Of a stretch of 64,000 nucleotides of DNA, positions 10,049-19,192 are shown one piece after another. The notes under the pieces were generated by a model. It saw only the letters and a program-made list of their open reading frames with translations. It was not told the origin of the DNA and did not search any database. Position 1 is the first letter of the stretch; every line of letters begins with the position of its first letter. Location: contig JAHPZA010000006.1 in NCBI GenBank assembly GCA_019058445.1, positions 64,001 through 128,000 on the forward strand, in the 5' to 3' direction. Source of the DNA: Promethearchaeota archaeon. GTDB lineage: Archaea; Asgardarchaeota; Lokiarchaeia; Sigyniarchaeales; SOKP01. The position numbers and the translations under genes were made by a program.

Positions 10049-10894
10049 TTATCCAATTTTATTATAAAAAATTTTGCTAATTTCCAGAAAATTACTAACT
10101 TTATAGGTATTTACTTTATTATTTTCAATATTATTTTGCTCTAAAATGTTAAGTATATCTTTTTTATTCAGATTAAGCTTAAGTTTCTTTTTTGTATATA
10201 ATTCCAAGGCATTAGCAAGGTTTTTGTTCTTAAATGGCATGATTCCTTCAAGAATTTTTAAATAAAATCTTCTTTGATAATCGTTTATTAAGAATTTATC
10301 GATGCTTTCCCTTGGAGAGAGATTAACTAATGCGAGAGCAATGTTGGGAATCGGATAGAATGAGTTCCTTGAAATTTTGTACTTTTTTACAGGCTTCATA
10401 AAGGTGTTGACACTAATTGTAATCCGGGATGAAGTTTTATAAGTTTCATAAGAAAAAATTCTATCTGCTATAGCTTTTTCAATAGTCAAAATCCCTTGGG
10501 GAGGATTTTTATTAAAGAAAACTTTTTCTAAAATTGGACCTGTAATTTTATAGGGGATATTAGACACGACTTTATTATGATCTGGGATATTTATTTTTAG
10601 GATATCGCCATTAATTATTTTTAAATTTTGACAATCAGAAAATTTGTTAGTTAAAAATGAGGAAAGTCGAGAGTCTATTTCAACAGCATATACTTTTTTC
10701 GCTGTTTTAACAAGATTTTCGGTAAGAGCCCCTAACCCAGGCCCAATTTCTAAAATTATATCATCTTTCGAAATCTGTGCTTGTTTGATGATAACATCTT
10801 TAGTAGCATTATCAATTAGAAAATTTTGACCAAATCGTTTTTTAGGTACAATATTAAGTTCTTTTAAAATGAGTTGTATATCTTTTCTATTCAT
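10049..10894 (-). CDS. rsmA: 16S rRNA m6,2A dimethyltransferase KsgA/Dim1
   Basis: FGQNFL, LEIGPGLGALT, VSNIPY; ATG at 10894 preferred (ORF track 10912). Confidence 0.95.
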   Translation of the reverse strand: MNRKDIQLILKELNIVPKKRFGQNFLIDNATKDVIIKQAQISKDDIILEIGPGLGALTENLVKTAKKVYAVEIDSRLSSFLTNKFSDCQNLKIINGDILKINIPDHNKVVSNIPYKITGPILEKVFFNKNPPQGILTIEKAIADRIFSYETYKTSSRITISVNTFMKPVKKYKISRNSFYPIPNIALALVNLSPRESIDKFLINDYQRRFYLKILEGIMPFKNKNLANALELYTKKKLKLNLNKKDILNILEQNNIENNKVNTYKVSNFLEISKIFYNKIG

Positions 10895-10904
10895 GTTTAG
10901 GGTA

Positions 10905-11567
10905 TTACTCATATTTTTGAGTTTTTGAGAAGAGATAATACTTAATGCCTTCTCTTTGAAGCTCTTTAATTATTCTAAGCGCAATTTGTTTAGCGGGATT
11001 CGAAATTGAAGTTCTATCACTAATATCTTGAAACGTAACAAATTTTTGCCTTTCTCTTTCTTCAATTATTTCCCACATGTGTTTTTTCCCAATTCCCGGT
11101 AATAATTTGAGCGCATGCATTCTTGGTGTTATAGACGTTGAATTATTAAAAAAATTAATAAACTCTTCCTCATAATTCAAGATCTCCTTTTCTAATATGG
11201 GTTGAATTAATGCTTTAGAAGTGCTTGTTAATTCTTCATAATCAATTTTTTTCAAAACATCTCTCAATTTATTTTCTCTTATGAAATCTTCGTATAACTT
11301 CTTTTCTTCAGGTTTTAGTTTAAGATTTGGAGATTTATTTATTTTTACTTCATAAAGAACGAAATCTGGAAAAGTAAGTACTTGAGCTAAAGGGGTCTTT
11401 GTCCAACTGGGTTTATCTTCCTCAGGATGCCCATGTAATAGCACATCCAAAATAACTAGTTCTCGAGATTTTTTTATAAATTGTTTTTTCTTTCTCGAAC
11501 CCCGCTTTTGAAAATCTTTTCTGCGTGGGCGCCTTCTGTATTGATCTCTTCTTTCCATTACATCCAC
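10905..11567 (-). CDS. DUF655 putative nucleic-acid-binding protein
   Basis: FINFFN..ITPRMHALKLLPGIGKKHMWEIIEER; typical position between rpo4 and rsmA; Arg-rich N-terminal extension. Confidence 0.92.
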   Translation of the reverse strand: MDVMERRDQYRRRPRRKDFQKRGSRKKKQFIKKSRELVILDVLLHGHPEEDKPSWTKTPLAQVLTFPDFVLYEVKINKSPNLKLKPEEKKLYEDFIRENKLRDVLKKIDYEELTSTSKALIQPILEKEILNYEEEFINFFNNSTSITPRMHALKLLPGIGKKHMWEIIEERERQKFVTFQDISDRTSISNPAKQIALRIIKELQREGIKYYLFSKTQKYE

Positions 11568-11741
11568 CAGTTTTCTTCTTTTCTACTTTTCCAATAACCA
11601 TAATAATTTTTTTATTGAAAATATCCCTTTATTAATAAATTCAATACCGGATTACTCATTAAAATTAAAAACAATTTAACTTTATAAAGTCTTCTATGTC
11701 TTTTTCTAAATTAAAGCGATTACCAAGGGAATATTATTGGT

Positions 11742-12104
11742 TTATGATGTCTTTAAATCTTTTAATTGATATATAATTTCCTGAAGTTGCTCCTCATTTA
11801 ATGTTTTACCGGTATAGCTTTTTTCAAGAATAATTCGTAATTCTGGAACAGTTTGAGGGTCAATATTTACAATATTTATTGCATAAATCTCTTCTAGCTC
11901 ATAAGTATCCATAAGAAATTTCTTAATTTTCTTAGCATCCTTATCACTCATTTTGGCAAATTGATTAACATAGTTATAAGTAATATCTTGAAAGTGAGAC
12001 ATTCCTTCTTCATCAATTTCCATTACTCTTTCCTTGACAGTTTCCATTATCTTTTTAACTTCCGGTATAGAAACTGTTTTTTCGCTAATCTTTCTTCCAG
12101 ACAT
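11742..12104 (-). CDS. rpo4: DNA-directed RNA polymerase subunit Rpo4/RpoF
   Basis: YVNQFAK, AINIVNIDPQTVPELRIIL; synteny with rpl21e; ATG 12104 preferred. Confidence 0.9.
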   Translation of the reverse strand: MSGRKISEKTVSIPEVKKIMETVKERVMEIDEEGMSHFQDITYNYVNQFAKMSDKDAKKIKKFLMDTYELEEIYAINIVNIDPQTVPELRIILEKSYTGKTLNEEQLQEIIYQLKDLKTS

Positions 12105-12137
12105 TAGAATCACTTAATTTTTTTTTAAATATACACA

Positions 12138-12446
12138 CTAGGTTTTAATAGAAATAGGGTTTAACCTTAAGTGTTCTTTCCCGATAATCAAGACTTTTGT
12201 AGAATTCCCTAACTTAACGGCGACTTCATAGCATCGGCCTCTTACTCCTATGATAACTCCTGTTTTCCCATGATATCTTCTATGTGGCATTCCTCGCTTA
12301 TGTTGGGATGGATCTGTGATGATATCAACTTTGTCATTTATATTATAATCCTCTAAATATTTTTCGATTGAGCCTAAGCCTCTTGCTCTACAGTTTTTTT
12401 TATGTCTTTTGCGAGTTTTATTTCTGTAGCCTTTATGTAGGGTCAC
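12138..12446 (-). CDS. rpl21e: 50S ribosomal protein L21e
   Basis: KGYRNKTR, DPSQHKRGMPHRRYHGKTG, KEHLR; GTG start. Confidence 0.95.
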   Translation of the reverse strand: MTLHKGYRNKTRKRHKKNCRARGLGSIEKYLEDYNINDKVDIITDPSQHKRGMPHRRYHGKTGVIIGVRGRCYEVAVKLGNSTKVLIIGKEHLRLNPISIKT

Positions 12447-12572
12447 GTTTATCAGCTTTTGAGCAAATTACTATATTTTTAAATCGCGTAATTTAGTAGA
12501 AGTATGAAATATAATTTATTTATTTTTTGGTTTTAGTCAAATGAAATGACAGAATTATTTTAACTACTTATT

Positions 12573-13931
12573 TTATTCTTTTATATCAATTACATCTAAT
12601 TCTTTACAGATTAACGTATTACCAAACACTTCGGAAAAAGAAGGTGTAGTGCGCCCCTCATCCCCACTGATTAATTCTTTTATATATGTTCCTCCCTGAG
12701 TTTCAATAGTGAATTTAAATAAATTTGAAGTCAAGTATTCACTCTGTATTTTATAAACATATTTTTCTCTTATTAAATCGGCACGTCGATGAGAGACTCT
12801 AATTGGAGTTCGCTGATATATCTTATTATTTTCAATTATTTTTCTCAGAGAAGTGATATTAATTTCGAACTTCGTTTTATCTATTGCCTCTTCGGCTTCA
12901 ACAAGCGCCTTATATACTTTTTTAGTATTTTCAGCTTTAGATTTTAACGCAATAACCTCTCTTTTACTGCTATATTTTAAATTTGAAATTTCTACTTTTC
13001 TGGCTTGGAGTTTATTAACCTCCTGCATAATATGACTAAGATTAAAATTTCTTTTTTTTGGCTCTTTTAACTCAAGAATAAATGGTCTGCCAGTTCCTAA
13101 CATTCTTACATCAATGTCTTCCCTTCCAGCGCCATGAAATTTAGATCCAGTTGCCAGCGATTTTTCAATAAATAAGGGACTAATTAACTGCTCAACACTT
13201 GTATCATATTGGGTTCCCTTAAAATTACAATCACTACATCCTTTGCCTTGACATTTCCTACATGGCCATCGAGTTTGAGGAATACCTCTCATTAACTTAT
13301 TATATCTTCCCGAAATAAACAGAGATCTTATTAATAATTGAACATCAAACTCAACAAAATCTAGAGAAAATATGAACACAATATCTGGATTTTGAAAGTC
13401 GGGAGATTTATTTATTGCACTTGATAATAATTTCCCAACTTCTCGATTAAAATGATTCTTAAACGATTCAGATTCCAATAAATTAAATTCTGCTTTGAAT
13501 TTATCTTCCTGGTTTATTATTTTTGAAGAAGGACTTGTCCCGCACAAAAACGTATTAAATTCATAATTTTCAGTTTTATTAATGGCTTTATTAACGTATT
13601 TTTGTAAAGTTAGAAAGATATCATTACATAAGTAGCATGTTTTGGATGAATTTGTATCTATATATTCAAATCCTTCTTTTACCAAGACTTTTTGGGCTGG
13701 TGAAAATTTTGCATTCTCAGCAAGGATTTTTAAGTTTTGAATGGCTTTATTGTGAATATTTTTGCTGGTAAGTAAAAGTCTGTGATTTTCTAAAGTCAAT
13801 GAAAGAAGTAAGGACTTACCCCTATCATAATTAGTAGTCTCTGTTCCTAAAAGAGCGAACATCCGTCCGAGACAATACGGGCAAATATAGTACTTATGAT
13901 AAATCTCTAAAACTTTATCCAATAGAGTCAT
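12573..13931 (-). CDS. pus10: tRNA pseudouridine 54/55 synthase Pus10
   Basis: CPYCLGR, GRYNKL.RGIPQTRW, FHGAGREDIDVRMLGTGRPF, QRTPIRV, GGTYIKELISGDEGRT. Confidence 0.97.
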   Translation of the reverse strand: MTLLDKVLEIYHKYYICPYCLGRMFALLGTETTNYDRGKSLLLSLTLENHRLLLTSKNIHNKAIQNLKILAENAKFSPAQKVLVKEGFEYIDTNSSKTCYLCNDIFLTLQKYVNKAINKTENYEFNTFLCGTSPSSKIINQEDKFKAEFNLLESESFKNHFNREVGKLLSSAINKSPDFQNPDIVFIFSLDFVEFDVQLLIRSLFISGRYNKLMRGIPQTRWPCRKCQGKGCSDCNFKGTQYDTSVEQLISPLFIEKSLATGSKFHGAGREDIDVRMLGTGRPFILELKEPKKRNFNLSHIMQEVNKLQARKVEISNLKYSSKREVIALKSKAENTKKVYKALVEAEEAIDKTKFEINITSLRKIIENNKIYQRTPIRVSHRRADLIREKYVYKIQSEYLTSNLFKFTIETQGGTYIKELISGDEGRTTPSFSEVFGNTLICKELDVIDIKE

Positions 13932-14139
13932 TTTTTATTCCTCTCTTTAGTATTTAAAACTGAGAAATTATTTTAGTTTTGATTTATTGTGTTTGGTGTT
14001 TAATAGAGTGGACTATTAAAAAGATTTTAAAATAAAAATTTATTTTTTTCTATAAATATAATTAATAATCTTAGATTAAGATATTAAAAATTGAAATAAA
14101 ATCTAATGTATCGAAAATTTTTGAGAATGTGTTAAAAAG

Positions 14140-14394
14140 ATGGCAAGAAACAAGTCAACAGGGGAAGGTTTAACCGGTTGGGTAAAATGGTTTGATGCAA
14201 AAAAAGGGTATGGCTTTATATCTGTAGAGAACCATGAAGATATCTTTGTCCATTTTTCTAATATCGAAATGGATGGTTTTAAAAAATTGGAAATTGGAGA
14301 TTTTGTTGAATTCGAATTAAAGAATGATTCAAATAGTGGAAAAGGCCCAGAGGCATTAAAAGTTAAAATTCTTGCGAAGGATCGCCGCTATTAG
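14140..14394 (+). CDS. Cold-shock domain protein (CspA family)
   Basis: GWVKWFDAKKGYGFI (RNP1), DIFVHFS (RNP2). Confidence 0.95.
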   Translation: MARNKSTGEGLTGWVKWFDAKKGYGFISVENHEDIFVHFSNIEMDGFKKLEIGDFVEFELKNDSNSGKGPEALKVKILAKDRRY

Positions 14395-14497
14395 GCTTTT
14401 TTAAATTAGAAATTCTTTAAGCTACTTTTTATTTTATTTTAATTTAAGTTCTGAAAAAAGAGGTTTTTATTTAAATAAGTTCAGAAAAATTGAGTAA

Positions 14498-15499
14498 TTA
14501 CTCTTCTTCTTCCCAACCGAGATCTTTTAAAACAGAATCTAAAGCCTCTGATTCCTCTTCTAAAACAAATTCAGTATCATATTCAGCAGCACTCACCTCA
14601 AAATCAGGAGGTTTGAGTTCATCAAGAGAAGGAATTTGCTCGGGTGTGGGAAATTCTGTAGGTTGACTTACTTCTGGAGTTACGGTTTCGCTAACTGGAG
14701 TCGCTGTTTCTTGAGAGGATTGATCTTCAATTTCCATTGGAGTATAGTCTTCAAGTGGAACGGGAGGAACTTCATCCTCATATAGTTTAATTTGTGTTTT
14801 GTCTTCTTGTTGAACCTCCCTAATCACTTCTTCTGGGATAGTAACCGTTTCACTCTCTTTTGGAATTCCGATCGCCATTGTTTTGGGAATAGAGACGATA
14901 TTATCTGTTTCTAGATCCTCAAAATCCTCGACACCCATCGCCTCTTTCTCCTCTTTATCCCAATCGTCTAAAAATCCAAGTAATTCATCCATCGCCTGCT
15001 TATCTTGTTCAACAGAGGGTATTGTTATTTGAGATGCTTCAGTTTCTTCTTCTTTTTGTTTTTCTAATTTCTCTAATTCTTCCTCTTGTAAAGAGAGCGC
15101 CATTTCACTGATTTCACCGCCAGAAATGAGAATATTTAATTTTTTTACTAATTCCCTTAAATATCCCAGATAATATCCAATACGATAGATTGTTCTTAAG
15201 CCACCAAAAACAATATATTCTTCGTTAATTGCCATTAAAATACAATACCCTGTATTGTTATGTAAAACTATTTCTTTTAAAGCTCCGTGGTTTGTTGCCT
15301 CTGCAAGTCTTAATCCTAAATCGATTAAGGCGGTACTTGAGGCAGAGGTTGCATCAGCATCTAATTCTGTAGAATTTGCTGAAGCTACTTTCATGCCTAC
15401 TCTTGATATTACTGCAAGATTATCCAAGTCAGTCTGTGCTTCTTCTGCTTTTAAAATATTCATCATATTTTCTCGAATATCATTCGCAAGATCCGACAT
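14498..15499 (-). CDS. Roadblock/LC7 (MglB/LAMTOR-like) domain protein with long acidic tail
   Basis: N-terminal ~125 aa with roadblock pattern (AVISRVGMKVAS..DADATSASSTAL..GALKEIVL..GYCILM); ~200-aa E/D/P-rich C-terminus. Confidence 0.8.
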   Translation of the reverse strand: MSDLANDIRENMMNILKAEEAQTDLDNLAVISRVGMKVASANSTELDADATSASSTALIDLGLRLAEATNHGALKEIVLHNNTGYCILMAINEEYIVFGGLRTIYRIGYYLGYLRELVKKLNILISGGEISEMALSLQEEELEKLEKQKEEETEASQITIPSVEQDKQAMDELLGFLDDWDKEEKEAMGVEDFEDLETDNIVSIPKTMAIGIPKESETVTIPEEVIREVQQEDKTQIKLYEDEVPPVPLEDYTPMEIEDQSSQETATPVSETVTPEVSQPTEFPTPEQIPSLDELKPPDFEVSAAEYDTEFVLEEESEALDSVLKDLGWEEEE

Positions 15500-15615
15500 T
15501 TTTCCCTTCTACGTTAAATATTTTTTAGTAAAAATATAATCGAAATATACTATAATTACACTAAGTATAATTTAAAAAAATATCCTAATATATTTTATTA
15601 TCATTTCCATTTTTA

Positions 15616-16353
15616 TTATTTTAAAAACTTATTCAAACTCATTTGAGCGGTAGATGACGTAATAGCCTTTTTAAATGAATATCCAGACAATTTTTCAATT
15701 ATCAATTCAATCTTTTCTACCACTTCTTCTGGAGTCAGTAATTCTGTGTCAATAATAAAAATTTTATCTTTAATGTCTTCCGATGAGAGAAATTGGTTAT
15801 AATAAGAGAGAATTGTTAAGAGATATTTTTTTTCAGTTTCATTCCATTCTCTTCTTATTTTTTCTAATGATCCTCTTTGAATGATTCTTTTTAAAATCGT
15901 GTCTGGTTTAGCAGTCAAATAAATAATAAAATCTTCTTTCCATTCAATTGAGTTATAAGTATCGAGAATCAGTTGATAATCTTTTTCTTTTAAATTCAAA
16001 CTTTTTGAATAGATTAGGACACATAAAGGAGTACGGTCTAATATGAGTACCCTACCATTATATTTTTCATCAAATTTTAAAATGTTTCTATTTCTTCTTA
16101 TTAATTGTTGTAGAAAATGCAGCTCGCTTCTAAAAGCAGTTTGTTTATTTGAAGATCCGAAAGGAAATGGAGGTATTTTTTTATATCGCTCTGGAAAAAA
16201 TTTAAATTTGTTATTAACTTCCATTTGCTTCCTTAATTTATTATAAATTGTTGTTTTTCCGATACCATGTGCCCCAGCAATAGATAAAACGATGTTATCT
16301 TTACTTCCCTTATTCCTATAACGAGGTGTTTTACTCAAAGTATAGGTCTCCAA
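15616..16353 (-). CDS. Deoxynucleoside kinase / thymidylate kinase-like P-loop protein
   Basis: GAHGIGKTT, PER, ILDRT, IIYL, RIIQRG; C-terminal QMSLNKFL. Confidence 0.82.
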   Translation of the reverse strand: METYTLSKTPRYRNKGSKDNIVLSIAGAHGIGKTTIYNKLRKQMEVNNKFKFFPERYKKIPPFPFGSSNKQTAFRSELHFLQQLIRRNRNILKFDEKYNGRVLILDRTPLCVLIYSKSLNLKEKDYQLILDTYNSIEWKEDFIIYLTAKPDTILKRIIQRGSLEKIRREWNETEKKYLLTILSYYNQFLSSEDIKDKIFIIDTELLTPEEVVEKIELIIEKLSGYSFKKAITSSTAQMSLNKFLK

Positions 16354-16479
16354 ATGCGATGAATTATGTCGTATGAATTAGAACTTCTGAAGCTAATAAT
16401 AATTATAGAGATAGATTATTTTTCAAATTATTAAATTTATATATTTATTATTAAACATGAGATTATCGAAAAAAAAAAG

Positions 16480-17586
16480 TTAAAAATAAAGGATTAGGAT
16501 AATCAGAGCAATATCGTAAACAACACTTGCTATAATCGTATTATAAAGATTTCCATTAATTTCATAAAGAGCTCCAAGAAAGAGAAAAACCAAAAAATTG
16601 GAAACTAAGAAAAATATTCCTATTGGAAACGAAAATAACAAATATATTAATGAATAAGCTAAAGCAACAATCAACATCGTTAGTATTCTCCCATTAGCAT
16701 TTTCAGCTCCAAATTTTTCCTTTAAAGTGTTATGTAATACTCCTCTAAATAATATCTCAACCGAAATTGAGGTTATGATTAATTCCAATAATAATACAAA
16801 CACCAAAATCCCACCACTGCGAATAGCCTTAGTTTCCATCTCCATATATTCTTGGATATCGAAAAAATTTAATCCCAATTCATAGAATATCACATTTATG
16901 AAACTAGAAAAAATATTTATTGCGATCAACCCAAAGCCTCCTAATATCCCAATAATAACGGCTAATAAAATTTTCTTGTCTTTCGCAGGAAATCCTAATT
17001 TCTCAAATGAATGTTTATTGGTACTAATATACCATAATGGAAAAAGGCCTAATAGCATTCCTGGAATTTGACTTAAAAGGATTAAGTAAAAGGGTATTTC
17101 GGTTGTTGAGGACCCGTCACCTAGCCCTAATTGAAACCAAATAAACATGACTAAGAATAAATAAACTGTAATATAGACTAATATACTATTCATAAAAACA
17201 TTAAACCCTTCTCTTAAGTTCCATGAATCTTTTTTTAGAACATAACTTAACTCGGGTTCAAGTTTCTCTCTTGTAAAGACAAATCCCGTTCTTGCAGGTT
17301 TTACTTTTTGAGATTCTGGAATTGGTTCCAATATAGTACTACAAATAGGGCATTGTTCTAACACATTAGAGGTAATTATAGACCCGCAGTTAGGACATTT
17401 CCTTGAGATGCCCGTTGTTTTTAATGGTAATGATTTTTCTACTTTATGTTCATGTGGGATTGATTCTTTGGAAGATTTTATCTCTATAACTAATTTTCCG
17501 CATTTTGGACAATATACTTGCCCTTTTTCCACATTAGCTCCACAATGTACACAATATTTTACAATATTATCGTTTTTTTCAGACAT
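16480..17586 (-). CDS. Double zinc ribbon + degenerate CPBP-family membrane domain
   Basis: CVHC..CPKC and CPNC..CPIC; VEILFRG-like motif; multiple TM segments. Confidence 0.78.
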   Translation of the reverse strand: MSEKNDNIVKYCVHCGANVEKGQVYCPKCGKLVIEIKSSKESIPHEHKVEKSLPLKTTGISRKCPNCGSIITSNVLEQCPICSTILEPIPESQKVKPARTGFVFTREKLEPELSYVLKKDSWNLREGFNVFMNSILVYITVYLFLVMFIWFQLGLGDGSSTTEIPFYLILLSQIPGMLLGLFPLWYISTNKHSFEKLGFPAKDKKILLAVIIGILGGFGLIAINIFSSFINVIFYELGLNFFDIQEYMEMETKAIRSGGILVFVLLLELIITSISVEILFRGVLHNTLKEKFGAENANGRILTMLIVALAYSLIYLLFSFPIGIFFLVSNFLVFLFLGALYEINGNLYNTIIASVVYDIALIILILYF

Positions 17587-17720
17587 AACTAATTAAAAAT
17601 TAAGGTAATATCTATAAAAATAATTTATGATAAATAACTAGTACTTTTTTTTTTTATTTAGTATGTGATATAAAAATTATATAGTTTATGCTTGGTTTTT
17701 ATTTGTCGTAGTATTTTGTA

Positions 17721-19004
17721 TTAATCTACTTTTTTAATATGCTTTGTTTCATGTTTAAGGTTCTTCTTTGTAATAGTATAAAGTTCCATTAATAATAACC
17801 CATGATAGTAGGATATGGAATCAAAATCGGCATCTCCATCATCTTTACCAGCATGAACTAAAGCCATTTGAGCGTTTAAGGCTGCTTTTAATAGCAATTC
17901 TAATCCATTATAAATTAAATTAGGACTCCAAGTTCCATTCTGAGGATTTGCCCACCATATAGGGCAGGAATGAAGTCCTCTGTCATAAAACCATCTAGCG
18001 GTATTATAATAATTTTCTATCTCCCATTTCGCTGTTAAATCCAAATTATCAGCTAAATCCATTAAATCGTTCAAACTTTTAATAATTTTCCAGTAATATT
18101 TGTGAATGTTATTATCAGGGTGTTTCCATAAAGGATAAGGAATCTCATCTAACATATCTGAATAGGATGTACTCCAGCTTGATTCTTTTGGTGTAATCGC
18201 TTTTTTAACAATTGGGAAGTATTGATCCAAGTCAGATATGAAAACTGTTTTAATATCATCCTTTTCTGTTAGTAATTCTAAGGCTTTATCTAAAAATGCT
18301 TTCTCATAGTTCTTAATATGATGCCCAAATGTTTCCCCATCCATCGCGGTTAAAATATACGTGTCATTCTTGTAATCTTGCTTCTTATCTTTATATTTAA
18401 TCTTTATATCTTTTATAAATTCTTTTGCAGTTATTTTCTTGAAAGATATTTTATTACTTAGAATATCATCTCTAAAAAATAATTGGAGTCCATTTGGAGA
18501 ACAATAGATTTTATCATATGGCCAATCCACACCTTTTTCTTCAACCGGACACGCAATACCACTTTGAAGTATCCATTTATATCCAAGTTCATTTACAATT
18601 TCTACTACTCTAGAGGAAATCGCTAGTTCGGGAGGAAAAAATCCCTTTTTTTCCCAAATTTTCCCAAATTCACGTATATTAATCTCTTCATTCATTTGAA
18701 TTTGATGATAGATCTCCTTTTGAGGAATTACGGGAAGTATAGGATGAAACTTTGCTGTTCCCACTATTTCAATTTTACTTTCGGAGGCTAAATTTTTTAT
18801 TAACTCCATTGTATCGCCTAAATCGAATTCATACAACATTTCAATAAGTACACCGTTGATATTTAATGTAAATTTCACATTATCGTGTTGTTCAAGAACT
18901 GAAAATAAAGGTTTATAGCATTCTTTATTGATCTCCCTCAAAATTTTAATATCTTGAGTCGGAGGCTGATAAATATGAAGTAATGGAGCCCAATAAGTTG
19001 TCAT
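17721..19004 (-). CDS. Glycoside hydrolase family 57
   Basis: HIYQP, HPILP, GFFPPELA (nucleophile), AMDGETFGH (acid/base), SSWS. Confidence 0.92.
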   Translation of the reverse strand: MTTYWAPLLHIYQPPTQDIKILREINKECYKPLFSVLEQHDNVKFTLNINGVLIEMLYEFDLGDTMELIKNLASESKIEIVGTAKFHPILPVIPQKEIYHQIQMNEEINIREFGKIWEKKGFFPPELAISSRVVEIVNELGYKWILQSGIACPVEEKGVDWPYDKIYCSPNGLQLFFRDDILSNKISFKKITAKEFIKDIKIKYKDKKQDYKNDTYILTAMDGETFGHHIKNYEKAFLDKALELLTEKDDIKTVFISDLDQYFPIVKKAITPKESSWSTSYSDMLDEIPYPLWKHPDNNIHKYYWKIIKSLNDLMDLADNLDLTAKWEIENYYNTARWFYDRGLHSCPIWWANPQNGTWSPNLIYNGLELLLKAALNAQMALVHAGKDDGDADFDSISYYHGLLLMELYTITKKNLKHETKHIKKVD

Positions 19005-19192
19005 AATAAAATTAGTTATTAAAAATTATCCACATTATCTTTTATTCAATATTCTTATCTTTTATAGTTAATTTATGAATTTAATTTTATTGAAAAATCA
19101 AAATCCTCAAGTAAACCTCAATAAGTAATTATTTATACAACATTTAATCTATTTTTATTATAAACAAATTATAACGAAGGAATATGAAATAG

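Noticed and set aside
16355-16395. ATGAATTA twice followed by CTGA, a possible C/D sRNA
   Set aside because: Second guide would be only ~4 nt and the boxes are poor; probably promoter or chance sequence
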